64,000 nt of DNA, taken from Lama glama. Taxonomy: Eukaryota. The notes under the pieces are model-generated. The model ran no database searches and had not been told where the DNA came from. It saw only the letters and a program-made list of their open reading frames with translations. A program made the translations under genes and the position numbers. Shown one piece after another: positions 1 through 12,510 of the stretch. Location: positions 37,636,001 to 37,700,000 of the forward strand of contig CM052817.1 in the NCBI GenBank assembly GCA_028534125.1, read 5' to 3'. Each line of letters opens with the position of its first letter. Positions within the stretch are counted from its first letter, which is position 1.

Positions 1-620
1 ATGTAAAATACTACCAGTTTCTTTAAATTAAATATAAGTCTACCATACGACCTAGCTATTTCACTCGTAAATATTTACACAAAAGAAATTAAAGCATATA
101 TCTACACAAAGACTTGTCCACAAATGCTTGTAACAGCTTTATTTGTAACAGCCCAAAACTGGAAATATGCAAATGTCTACCAACAAGCGAATGGATAAAC
201 AGATTTTAGTATATTCCCACAATGGAATATTAATTAGCAATAAAAAGGGAATATTAATAATCAATAATTATTGATATATGCAACAGTATGAATCTCAAAA
301 TTATGCTGTGTAAAGGAAGCTAAGCCAAAAAACAAGAGTACATGTGTTATGACTACATTTATACAAAATTACAGAAAATGCAAACTATAGCTACATAAAA
401 CAGCTCAGCTGCCTGTGGATAGCACTGCCCTATGGAAGGGCATGTGGGATTGATTACAAAGGGGCATGAGAAAATATTTGTAGATGATGGGTATGTTCAT
501 TATCTTGACTGTGATGACAGTTCACAAGTGCATACATATGTCAAAACATCAAATTGTACACTTTAAATATTTATAGCTTATTATACATGAATTATATGCC
601 TCAATAAGGCTGTTAAAAAG
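1..620 (+). mobile_element. Old LINE-1 3' end (L1MC/L1MD-like), left end outside the window
   Basis: L1 3' motifs: accatacgacctagctatttcactc, acagctttatttgtaacagcccaaaactggaaa, gaatggataaac, ending tcaataaggctgttaaaaag. Confidence 0.8.
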
Positions 621-1482
621 AGAAGAAAACAAACTAAACCTAACCAAAGCCAGAACAGCATTCATTTTCTTTGTCTTGTGAAGCTATCTCATTTTTTTTT
701 TTTAAGTCAGAAGAAACCAAACCCTAACATCAGGTAATACATGCTTTAAAAAAGTCTAACTTCTCCCATTAAAAAGAAATTTGTAAGACTAAAGAGATCA
801 AAATCCATGGCTAAGGTCTGAGATCTTCCCTTCTTAGAGAGCCAAAGCATATCTAAGATGCCATGTAACTTACATTATTAAAGTTAGAATTTATGGATTG
901 ATAACACAATCTTAAAAAAAAATTATTCAAGAGAACAATCTCTTGTTTTTCTTTCAACTTCTAATTTCCTAAAGCATTTGAACCCGAAATTTTAAATAAT
1001 GTGAAATTATTTCTACCTTTTAACTGTTGATCTAGAAACAGTCAACACCAAGACACAAGTATACAAAGTAGAAAGAATAAAAAGCACTATTAAGCTTTAA
1101 AAGACTAAAAGCTAATCTCCCTACAAACAAGTAATAAAATACACTAATATTTCTTTCCATCAGAGGGTAAGTATAATCAGGTAGTAGAGAAAAAATACTG
1201 TTGCCTAATATACTCAGGAAAGCCTAAGAAAGAATTGGGACTTTAAGGAGAAAAAGAGATAAAAGTAGGTAAGTTTTAATTGGACATCGTCTCAAGGTAG
1301 AAAACAGCATGTGTCCAAACATTTTTATTGATGTTGGAGCAATGCTTAGTATTTGTCAACTTTTCCATTATACTTTCCCAGTGGGAGAAGAGAAACTAAA
1401 ACAAACGCAAGCTAAATTGCCTTTTTGGGCCTCTGGCTCATGTCAACTGCTTATCTAAATAGAAATCATATATGCCTGTTAC

Positions 1483-1561
1483 CTGTTTTTCAAAGGACAG
1501 CTTCAAAAAACCAGAAGAAAACTTCTGGAATTTTTCAGCCTCTTTAAATGTATCATTTAAA
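1483..1561 (-). other. Candidate 79-nt internal exon (5' UTR or N-terminal) of the minus-strand gene
   Basis: Minus strand: pyrimidine tract and acceptor ttccccctccattttactcttctcctaAG, exon TTTAAATGATAC...TTTGAAAAACAG, donor CAG|GTAACA; unique sequence. Confidence 0.65.
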
Positions 1562-1881
1562 CTTAGGAGAAGAGTAAAATGGAGGGGGAAATCCCTGATT
1601 CCACATATTTTATACTTCTCACCAAATGGGAGGTACCAACAGAAAACAATGTAACGGTAAGAACTTTGGTTTTGAGTATTGTTTTTTTTTACATCACCCC
1701 TCCTACCCACCCACTGACTTTTGTTCAGATCATTGCTTTAGAAACCTGCTCGCTGGTCCTCCTCAAAAATGTGGACTTGAAATGTCTCAGAGTAAGTCAC
1801 TAAAGGAAACAAATATGTATAAAGCACAAAAGACCAAGAAAAAATTCGTATTTGCCCTTTATATTGCAATAAACAAATTAA

Positions 1882-2933
1882 TGTGGCAGGCAGAATTCTG
1901 AGTCTACCAAACACTCCTTTCATGTTGTGAACTGCCTAGGTAGGGGTTATGTGACGAGGACCTGAGGGTGGCCTCTAGGAGCTGATGGTGTACCCCAGCC
2001 AACAACCAGCAAGAAAATGGTCCTACAACCACAAGGCACTGAATTCTACCAACAGCCAGTGCACATGGCAGAGGGCCTGAACTGTGATGGATCAGTGACT
2101 CCTTTTCCACTTTCCACTCTGCCTTGCCCCGCTTTGAATCCGAATGTCTACAATAGTTATTCCATGACTCTCCAACCATTTCACACTGGGAATGTTGGGG
2201 CAGTCTCTTTAGTTTTACAGGTTCTTAGATAAATGACACACAGGAGCCTCATTTATACTTAATTTAGATGATTTCGATGAGCTTCTGGACTTTGAGCTGA
2301 TGCTTTAATAGGATGAGAACCCTAGAACAGTGGGAGGGGATGTATTTTGCTTGTGATGTGTGTATGGGGTCGGAGGGCATGAATAACTGAGGGCCAGAGG
2401 GAAGACTATGGTAGGCAGAAGTCTAAGATGGCCCCCCAAATTCTGGCCCCCCTGGTATACCTGCCTGTATAATCTTCTTCCCATGAGGATGGATGGGACC
2501 TATAAATATTAAGTGGCAGCGGCTCACTTGATTAGGTTATGTTGTAGAAGACTTTGTTGGAGCAGACTGGAAAAAGATTCAAAGACAGGGAGCTCCCTCC
2601 TGCTGGCCTTGATGACAACTGGATTGTAAGCTGCCTACAGAGGGGGCCACCTGGCAAGGACCTGATGGGCTGAGAGCAGACCATGGCTGACAGCTAGTGA
2701 GAAAATAATGAATTTACACCTATACCTGCAAGGAACTGAATCCTGCCAACAACTACTGAGCTGAGAAGATCCTCAAGCGTCAGATAAGATTTCAGCCTCG
2801 TGTGACCCTAAGAAGAGGACCCAGTTAACCTGTACTTGGACTCCTGACCCATGGGAACTGTAAGATAATAAATGTGCTGTTTGAAGCTACTGACCTGTGG
2901 TAGTCTGTTATACAACAATAGAAAACTAATGCA
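1882..2933 (+). mobile_element. ERVL-MaLR (MLT1E/F-like) relic: partial 5' LTR, internal remnant, complete 3' LTR at 2407-2933
   Basis: Both LTR copies start similarly (tgtggcaggcagaattct at 1882, tatggtaggcagaagtctaagatggcccc at 2407). A purine tract gagggccagagggaagac precedes the second LTR, which ends with the typical ...caatagaaaactaatgca. Confidence 0.75.
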
Positions 2934-4789
2934 ACCAGGGTATATAGATTTTGAAGAAAATGGAAACAAAGTCAGTCCCCTTATTACACTTCAGAAGTTG
3001 TCTGGATAATGCTTTCAGGCCATTAAAATGGATCTCACAATTCCAGAGGGAACATTCTGAGTAAATTAATCTAGATATCAAGCTTTTTCCAAACCTATTA
3101 CCTCATTCTTTAATTGACAAAGCAATCTGCACTGAGGTGCCTCTTATCATACTCTGTTCAGGATGTAATGTTAGATGGTCCAGAAAGATTGACCAAAGCT
3201 CACTTGATCAAGAAGTGAAGTTAGCTAACATAAGCAGGACAAGCAGTGACAGTCTGTTGAAGAGGCTCCTGCTGCTCTCCCGATTTCCCACCTCGCAGCA
3301 TTCGCAAGATCACGGCATACTTGTAGTTGTGATCTCACTGAGAAGCAAGAAGCCAGCTATTAGCGGTGTCAGAAGGCAGAAGGCAACAAACACTACCTAC
3401 TCCACAAATACTAAAAGTTTGAATGCTGAAGGTGAAAGTGATGTCTGTCTCTTGTCCTTCCTTACAAATCGACTAAATCTAAAAAGTTTGGGCTAAATTT
3501 ATACCGTAGTAAAATAAAGTAGCATGTATCACTCTGCATCACGGTGGACAAATCAACTTTGACTCCAGATAAAGTGCAAACAACTTCCCAAATCACAGAT
3601 GAAGCATAGTAAACCCATGCATACTCCAGGGACTACAAGAATAATTTCAACTTGGTAGTTGGAGACAATCAAAATTCTTCTCAAACTGCTCCATTCTAAA
3701 AAGGATTTTGAAATTACCAATCTCCAGTTTGAAATGTTTTCATTTCAATCTATAAAATATCTAAGTTTCCTATCTAAATTCAATAAACCTAAAACCCAAA
3801 TTTAAAATACTAAACAGTGACACAAGAGGTACTCATACTGAATACTGCTCTTCATTATGCCATTTTTATTTTATCAAATATAACTGTGATAACTAAACTA
3901 GATTATTGCTTGTAATTTAAATAATGACATGACTTGCAAGAGCTCATGAATCCAATCTCAAACCATGTGGTGTGGGCTACTTCCTTACTTTGTGGCAATC
4001 CAACTCACTCTACAAAGATGCATTTCTCAAGGTGTAGTTTTCATGTCTAATTTTTATTTCAATTAACTACACAGTAGTCTTGTGCAACTGTCATAAATAA
4101 GAATGACTAATATGCAAAAGCAATGGAGCCCTTTTCACATGAGAAGATTAAGGAATTCTGGCTTACAGACAAATAATGGCAAAATCACTTTGCATAAATT
4201 ATTCAAATTGAATATTAATATATTACAGATTAGAATGGGAACAATGTATTCTCTAAAAATTCACTTGTCAAAGTGCTGACATTGGTTTCTGATTACATCA
4301 CATCATCTCTTTTAAGTCTAATCAATGCCAAAATTATTTTTTGCTCATATAATCTCTACCTGTTCTCATAAAGCTAGTAGTGTTCTCCATGTCCCGTTTT
4401 ACTGGAGAATGCGTCTGCTGCCAAGTCTTCACCTAATCCCCTTAGGGGAGATTATTCCTAAATCTCTCTCCAGCCTTAAGATATCCTTGTTCCTAATTCT
4501 AGATTTTTCAAATTTAACTATGTACTGTACATTTTTGTCTGAATAGATACTGCCTTCTTGTATCAAATTCAGTGCATCTAAAACTCCAAACAATCTTTTC
4601 CTCCAAATTAGTCACTCTCACTATTCCAAGCAGATTAATGGAACAGCTATTCCTCTAGCTACCAGGCTCAAGAACCTCTTCTTTGACTTTTTTTCCTTTC
4701 ACCTTCGTCTTGTCACTGAGAACTGCTGCTTATTCATTTTTAATCTCTTTCAAATTAATCTTTCAAGTATCATTTTCCACTATCTATTC

Positions 4790-5295
4790 TTTCCTCTCAT
4801 TTTGTATATATACATACTTTTGAGTTTAAAAAATAGTAATTATTCTTTAAATACAAATCTGTGACTTTCTTTCTTCACTCCAAATTATTTTGTAAGATTT
4901 ATCTATGTTCATTTGTGTTGCATATTTACTGTCACTACTGATTAGGATTCCACTGTAATTTGGTTTCTTTCTTTCTTTCTTTTTTTTGCTAATAATGTTG
5001 CTCTGAACATTTCTGTACCCATATGCATAACAGCTGAGTAGAAATTCTAGGTCATATGGTATGCACATCCCTGTCATTTGGATAAAGCCAAGTTGCTTTT
5101 CAAAGTGATTATACCAATGTATACAAAGTGATTATACTCTAACAAGTAGCATAAAAGACCTCGCTATATCAAAACCCAATACTAGGTATTGACGGAGTTT
5201 TTTTATATCAAACTGGTAGTATGAAAATGGTTTCATATAGTTTTAATTTACATTTTTATAATTACTAATGAGGTTGAACATTAAATTTCTATTTA
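4790..5295 (-). mobile_element. Degraded LINE-1 fragment
   Basis: Antisense L1 3'-region motifs (gtagaaattctaggtcatatggtatgcac, ttttcaaagtgattataccaat, gttttaatttacatt...attactaatgaggttgaaca); boundaries approximate. Confidence 0.65.
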
Positions 5296-5300
5296 GTTAC

Positions 5301-5657
5301 TGTATTAGTTTACTAGAGTTGCCATAACAAACACTATAGATTGGGTAGCTTCAATGATGGAAATTAATTTTCTCACCAATTCTGGAGGCTACAAGTCCAA
5401 AATCAAGGTGCTGGCAGGCTCATTTCTCCTGTGGTCTCTCTCTTCGGACTGTAGATGTCTGTCTTCTCCCTCTGTTTACACATAGTCTCTTCTCTGTGTT
5501 GTCTGGGTCCTAATCTCTTCTTATAAGGACACCAATCTTATTGCATTAGGGTCCCGAACCTAGTTTTAAATTAATTATGTCTTTAAAGACCCTATCTCCA
5601 AATCCAGTTACATTTTGAAGTACTGGGGGTTATAAGTTTTGGGGTGACAATTTAACA
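5301..5657 (-). mobile_element. Solo MaLR LTR (MLT1A-like) with perfect 5-bp TSD
   Basis: TG...CA termini; MLT1A motifs (ttctggaggctacaagtccaaaatcaaggtg, aatctcttcttataaggacacca, aaagaccctatctccaaat); GTTAC at 5296-5300 and 5658-5662. Confidence 0.85.
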
Positions 5658-7920
5658 GTTACCATTAGAATTGTAACATACTTATACCTTGGTTTCTTGA
5701 TTTATCTACTTAAGTCTCACTAAAAAAATTAATTTCAAATAAACTACACCCTATCTACTTCACATTTCTAAATCAAAGATTCTAAAGCAGAGCTGTCATC
5801 AGATCATTAGTCTCCTCATAAAACTCCACTAAGTCCCTACGGATTACAAAATAAACTCTAAACTTACCCATAAATTCATTTTTTGACTATTTCTTATATA
5901 GTAAGTTTTACACTGAGTTCCCAAAAAACAAACAAAAAACTGAATAAGGTATGATGTCTGGCGTTAAAAAAACAAAATCTAAAAAACTCCTCAACATTTG
6001 TAGGTAAAGGAACAAATCAATGGTTGTAATACATTGTGGTATACGTTATGGCTCATTATCCCATGGGATTCCAAATGAGCATTCAATCAGATCAGAAATA
6101 AAGATATCAGAAATAAAGATACCAGAAAGAATTCTGAGGTTGGGGTGGGGTGGATGACTTTTGGGTCAATATGGATGGATAAATAGGAGGAGGGCTGATG
6201 AAGATGAGACACAAAAGTTAGAGTTAAGGTCTTCCAGGCAAAGGAAATAAACTGTAAACCTAAAGACAGAGATATGACACAGTAGGAAGTGTTCAAATTC
6301 TGTAGATTATCTAGAGAAGGGGGAGGGGAGATGAGATGAGGCTACAGCAGTAAGCAGGAGCCAGATCATGTAAGGTGTTTCTGTGATTTGCTAAGTAGTT
6401 TGAATTTTATACTGAAACCTATGAAGAGGCATTGACAAATTTTAGGGTGAGGCATAAAATGATAAAATTTTAATTTTTAAAGGATAATTTCAGTTATAGA
6501 GTGGGAACTAATAAAGGTTTTAAACTATAGATTTGGAAATGATCAGTATGTAAATGGTAGACAAAATCATGGGTTTGGATAAAGTCACTCAGGAAGAGCA
6601 TATAAAGAAAAAGTTAAGTACCAGAGATCTAGAGGACACTAGCATTTAAAAGTTAGAGGAGGAAAAAGAGCCTATAAAGGAATCTGCAAGGAGACAGCCA
6701 GAGAAATAAGAAGAAAATCTTTGTAATATGTTAGAATAAAATAGAAGTTTCAAACAGGAGATGGATAGAATACAAGATTAAGAACGTGGAGTTTTGTGCC
6801 ACATTGTCTGGGTTCAGATCACTAGCTTTGTAACTTTTGGCAAATTAATATTTCTAGGCTCAGTTTTCTTCTCAAAGCAATTTATTACCAGTTCCTATCT
6901 TGTGGGAAGTTGGCAAGAATTAAATGAGATTCATATGAAATCCTTGGTTCAGGACCTGATACAGAGTATCACTAGCTGTTATCCATCTTTATCATTCTCA
7001 AACAACATAGAGAAGTCATGCAACATGACAGCATATATATTTGGCTCTCTGAATGCCATAGGTAACCTCACCCAAAGATGTTTCAGTAAAGTAGGAGAGA
7101 AAGCAAAGTAACTCTTGACTAATTTCTAGTATCTTCATTGGTAACAGAAGGAGTAAAGTTAGGATGACAAATTTAAAGGTGAGGGTGGATGATGTTTGCT
7201 TTGATTTTAAGTACATAAGGGACTCTGTATATATGCTGAGGGAAAGAGCCAGTAAAGAGGTTGAAGGTATAGGAGAAGGTGGGTGACCAATTGTGACTGT
7301 CACAAAAGTAGAAGTGATTACTCTTTAGATGTTTTGTCAGGTTCACTGAAGTTAAGGGAAAGTAGAATGTGTGCAGATGGAAGAAAGTCAGGTGGAGGAC
7401 TTCTTGCTTAAAGGGCTCACTGGTTAAGTGATGTAGTCCTTCTGACTTGTTTCAAAATGCTTGCTACACATGTCCATTTGCTTACATGCTGCGAAGATCG
7501 ACCTTCTTTCAGGGTGTATTCAGGAATCTGTAGCTCTCCAGGTAATTCCCATACACAATAATGCTAAAGAATTATCGCACTAAACATCTTTGGATAAAGC
7601 TTTAACTCTCAATTCCAGTAATTCCTATGAGCATCCTCATATTAATCAATTCTAAAAGGAGAGCAATCAATGTCAGATTTTCCCTGACCCTGAGATCAGC
7701 CAGTTGCGTATTTCCTTATCATGTTCATCCTTGATTTCTTGAACTAACTAATAATAAATGGCTATTTTAAGTGCTAGCCTTTCAGTATAGAAAACTAGAA
7801 AACCAAAGCAAAGGGACTGCTGGAGTTGCAGCATATAGCCATAAAGTCATGCATAATGAGCATACTGGTCCCCAGGTGTTCTCTCTTAGCTGCCCCGAGA
7901 GTGAGAAGTTAGTTCCTCAA

Positions 7921-8227
7921 CAAACTAGTGAATATAACATAAAGAAACAGACTCACAAATACGAGAACAACTTAGTGGTTACCAGTGGGGAGAGAGAAGG
8001 GGGAAAGGGTAGGATAGGGGTAGGAAATTAAGAGGTAAAAACTACTATGTATAAAATAAACAAGTTACAAGTACATGAGTACAACACAAGGACTACAAAC
8101 AACAGTTTATAATAACTGTAAATAGAGTATAACTTTTAGGAATTATGACTCATTAAGTTGGACACCTGAAACTTACAAAATATTGTACATCAACTATACC
8201 TCAATTAAAAAAAAAGTTAAAAAAAAG
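7921..8227 (+). mobile_element. 5'-truncated LINE-1 3' UTR with A-rich tail
   Basis: aaacagactcacaaatacgagaacaacttagtggttaccagtggggagag ... caactatacctcaattaaaaaaaaa, typical of cetartiodactyl L1 3' UTRs. Confidence 0.8.
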
Positions 8228-8289
8228 AAAGCTAGAAGAGAGTCAAATTGATTGGGAGAGAATGAGATGATCAACTAGATTATTTAACC

Positions 8290-9400
8290 ACTCATTCATT
8301 CATTTAAATATTTATGAAAACTGTTATGTTCTAGGCATTGGCAAGTGCTAGATTTTTATTCATTAAATCAACAAATATTTATTGAGACCCACTCTAAGCC
8401 AGACACCCTTTTAGACACTGAAGACACAGCAGTGAACAAACCAGACAAAATCACCAAGTCCTATGGAGTTTACATCCTATCAGAAGAGAGAGACAATAAA
8501 TAAATAAGTAAATAGAAGAGCATAAAGCTGTAGAGGAAAATAACTCCACAGGAGGGCTAATGAATACCACAGAGGTTAGAGGGTATAGATTTCAAATAAA
8601 ATAGTCAAGTAAGAGTCCTTGGTGAGAATTTGTTGTTAGGACAAAGATCTAAAGGAGGGTAAGCAAAGCAGAGATATCTGGGAAAGAACATTCCGGGCAG
8701 AAAGTGAAAAAGCCCTGAGTCAGGAGAACAGCAAGGAGAAACACCGAGTGAGAGGAAGAGAAAACGGAAGATAAACTATATAGAGTCTTCTGGGCCACTG
8801 AAAAAACTCTGGCATGAACACTGAAATGGAAAGCTCACTGGAAGGGTTTGAGAGATACGACCTGAGCTGTTTTAAAAGAATCACTCTTGGCTGCTGTTTT
8901 GAGAACAGACTACAGAAGGGCAAGGGCAGAAGCAAGGAGACAATTGGCAAAAATCCAGGCAAGGAATGGTGGTAGCTTAGCCCAAGATGATAGCTGTGGG
9001 ACAGCTGGGAAGTGATCAAATTTTGGTAATATTTTGAAGGAACGCCCCGAAGGATTTGCTGATATGGATGTTCTGTGCCCTGAGAAAGGGGCACGATAGA
9101 GTTGTTGTTAACCAAGATGGAGAAGGCAGTGTGAGGAGTTTGTTTTGAAGAAGTTTCAGAGTTCAATTTGTATACGCTAATTAGACACTGGATTAGACAT
9201 TCCAGTGAAGATGCGAGATACTTAGCTGGATATATGAGTCTGGAGTTTATGGAAGAATTCTGAGATGGAGGTACACATATATGGAGTTTGTCAGTATACA
9301 GATGGTATTTTAAAGCCCTGAAATGTTATGTGATCCCTAAGGCAGTATGTGCAGACAGAAGAAATACCCAAGGGCAGAGGAATGAGGACTAATCAGAAAA
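8290..9400 (-). mobile_element. LINE-2 fragment(s)
   Basis: L2 3' end in reverse (cattcattcatt, tcaacaaatatttattgag), followed by purine-rich L2 body motifs; boundaries approximate. Confidence 0.7.
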
Positions 9401-12249
9401 GGAGTCTGAGTAGAAGTGGCTTTGCTCCAAACGGACCTCTTAGAGAAATCCCTGATTATCTCAGAATTGGTTTGGTGTTTTAAATTATATCTGTTCAAGT
9501 CAGAATCTAAACAAGGTCCACACATTGTGTGTCTCTTTTCATCTAAAACAGTAATTCCTTAGTTATTTTACACCACTGATTTGTTGAACCCAAATTGGTT
9601 ATATTTAAAAGTCCATTTTTTTCTCATTTTAAACCCTAGAAGCCCATCACCAGAAACAGATGAATTAAATGGATAGCAGATAGGTATGGTTTTTCTAGCC
9701 TTCATTTGCTAACTTTTAAAAGGATTTTATGTATTTATTTATTACCAAAGTCTCTCCATAAGCCTACATTCTGCTTTCTATAATTATCTCTTGCAAAACT
9801 ACAGTATCTGTTTTTGAAGAATTAGTCTTTATTAACATTAGCAGAAAAAAACTAAGCCAAAATAAATTATAAAAAAAGCAAAACTCATAATTTATGTTCA
9901 GACTAGTCCATAGAGCATGAAATAAGGCAATGGCCCTATCTTCCAACCTGTACCAGTCTGAAGACAAATTTAAAAGAATTTTACCGAGCTGTGTGGTAAT
10001 TATTCAATGTGCAACTTGAAGAAAGAAAATAAAACGAGCAAATAACTGGGTTGCAATATTAAGTCAAATGACTTTCTGAAGACACAAAGCAGAGACGATT
10101 TTAAGAAAGAATAGTGTTCCTTTAAAGCTCTGTATGTCACGGATTCTACTGTAAATGATGAACTACACAACATATTAAGGTCAATTGAAATGGACTAAGG
10201 ACAGAACTCTTAACACATCTGATCATCTGATATTGCTAGTTGGGCTATAGCTACCGGTTGTTAGGAAGAAGAAGAGGAAAGAGAGAAGGGCATGAAGGAG
10301 GGGAAAGGAAAAAAAGATGAATGACAAAGGAGCAGCAGCAAGAGAAGGAGAAAGAAAAAAAAATCTGGCTTCCCTCTACCTCTTATGTTACTCTTAACTA
10401 CATGCAGGTGCCAGTCACTTACGAGAAACTCTTGCCAGAAATGCTGCACTTACACTGTACATTACAAAACACCAGCAAAGGTCTGAATCAGCATTCAGTA
10501 ATCCAACACATTAACATTTCTGCAGCAAGCTTACTAATATTCATACTAAATAGGATAAATAAAAACTGTAAGTAGTCTCAGTCAGCTCAAGTCAGGTTTC
10601 ATCATCCAAAAACCTCAGGTCGGGTATGCTGCTAAATAAGGTATGAAAATTCTTTTCCTTTTTCAGATCTTTTTGGATTCTGGAATTGCACATAAAGGAT
10701 TGTGAACATATGTTTCACTAAAGAGGCTCACTAGCTTTATATCTTTGGGATCACTTTGGTGTAATTCTAGGGACACGAGGGTGGAATTGAATCCAATTAA
10801 AATTTATATGGTAAAGTCAAGATTATATTTAAGGGCTTTTTTTCCCCCTCCAAAATATAGACTAAAATTTCTTAACATTAAATATTCAATTGTCTATTGT
10901 AAATATAAGGGGTTTTGACCCACTAATTATTAAAGTGGCCACACCCTCAACAAAAGACTTTCTGTCTATGTTCATGGCCTGTAGCATGAACCCTACATGA
11001 GTAACCTGGCCCAGGCTTTGTCTGCCTTCTGAGTGTAAGGAATTTAATAAGCCGAGAAACAGGAAAGGATTCAAAAGAAACACAGCAGAGGTTTCCAGAG
11101 ACAACGATACCTAAACAGAAAGAGAGGCAATCTTCAGCAGTCATCAGTTAGTTGTAAACACTCAAGTATTTAGACGGAAACAGAGCTAGGACTGCAAAGT
11201 AGTAATAGTTACTTGATAGTCACTTCTAAAATCACCTCCAGAGCAGTCACTTTATCTATTTGAGAATATCTAAGAGTAACTGCAGATGGTGAGCACTTTG
11301 GTAATCTGGATTGCACAAAGAAGACTTAAGAACTGGCATCTGATTACTGAGCATAGCTGTGAGTTAATTATGTTCTGTGTTCATTACTCAAGGAGAATGT
11401 GATCTAGTATATATGAACATTATGATTCAAAGAATATGTTGTGTAACAGTTTTTGCTTGTCATTTATAGCATATGTAATGTTAGTGACATCATAGCCTAA
11501 ACGGCTGGAACACCCTCAAAAACACCTCTGTAGTCCTCATGTAAACAAAAGATTTCATGTATCTAAATGGATGAAGTGCCTGGTCATGTTCTCAACTTTC
11601 AGTACCCTTCTGGAACAGTTCCATTTTCATTTTTTAAAAAAGCTAACTTTTAAATTAGGGGTACCACACAAATACTGTACTAGATCATTCCACTACAGGG
11701 CTCAAGGGGTATAGTTTTCTTTTCTCTTTTTAAAGTTCTTAATTTCCAAACAACCTCATTTGAAACTGGGCTTTGGTTGAAGAGACTTAATTTTGTGAAA
11801 CAGTTTATCTAAGAACAGACACTAAATTATTGATACTGTTTAAAAAAATATATATATACACACATATATAAATATATGTATCAACTCAAATCTCAAATAT
11901 TACATACTCATAAGGAAAACCATCACTACACTTTGGTTCTTTCTATTCGTAACTTGACAGAAAAAGCAACTTGTCAAAATAACCAGTAAAGAAACTTCTT
12001 CCAATGTCTCCCAAAACAGGAAGGACAAGTATCTTTATTCCCCTCAGTCCTGTTGTAAGAACTTTGCAAGTCATAGAATATATTTTTTTCCTTAAATGCC
12101 AAACTGCAAAAACAAAACAAAACAAAACAAAAAGAACCCAACGAGAAAGTTTTGTTTGGATTTTGAAATGAGCTAATGGCACACTGAGTATACTAAGCAA
12201 GAGACACTTAGCTCTTTAACAGTTCTGTTGGGTAGCACAGGAAATTACT

Positions 12250-12510
12250 GTATTATTTCAATAATTCTATGAGTTACTATTCCATGAATACTATGATTAT
12301 TCCATATTACAAATGGGGAACTGAGGCACAGAGATTAAATAAATTGTTCAAAACTATATACCTAGTAAATAGTGGAGCTGAGATGTGAACTTACGCACTA
12401 TGAATTTCTTCATCTGAAAAATGGGGATTGCTGGGTTTAAACATGCAACAGTCTTTGAACAAGTGCCTGGCACACAATAATTGCTTAATAAATGTTAGTT
12501 ACTATTATTA
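12250..12510. mobile_element. MIR fragments in both orientations
   Basis: tattacaaatggggaactgaggcacaga and tttcttcatctgaaaaatgggg ... gcctggcacacaataattgcttaataaatgttag. Confidence 0.65.
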
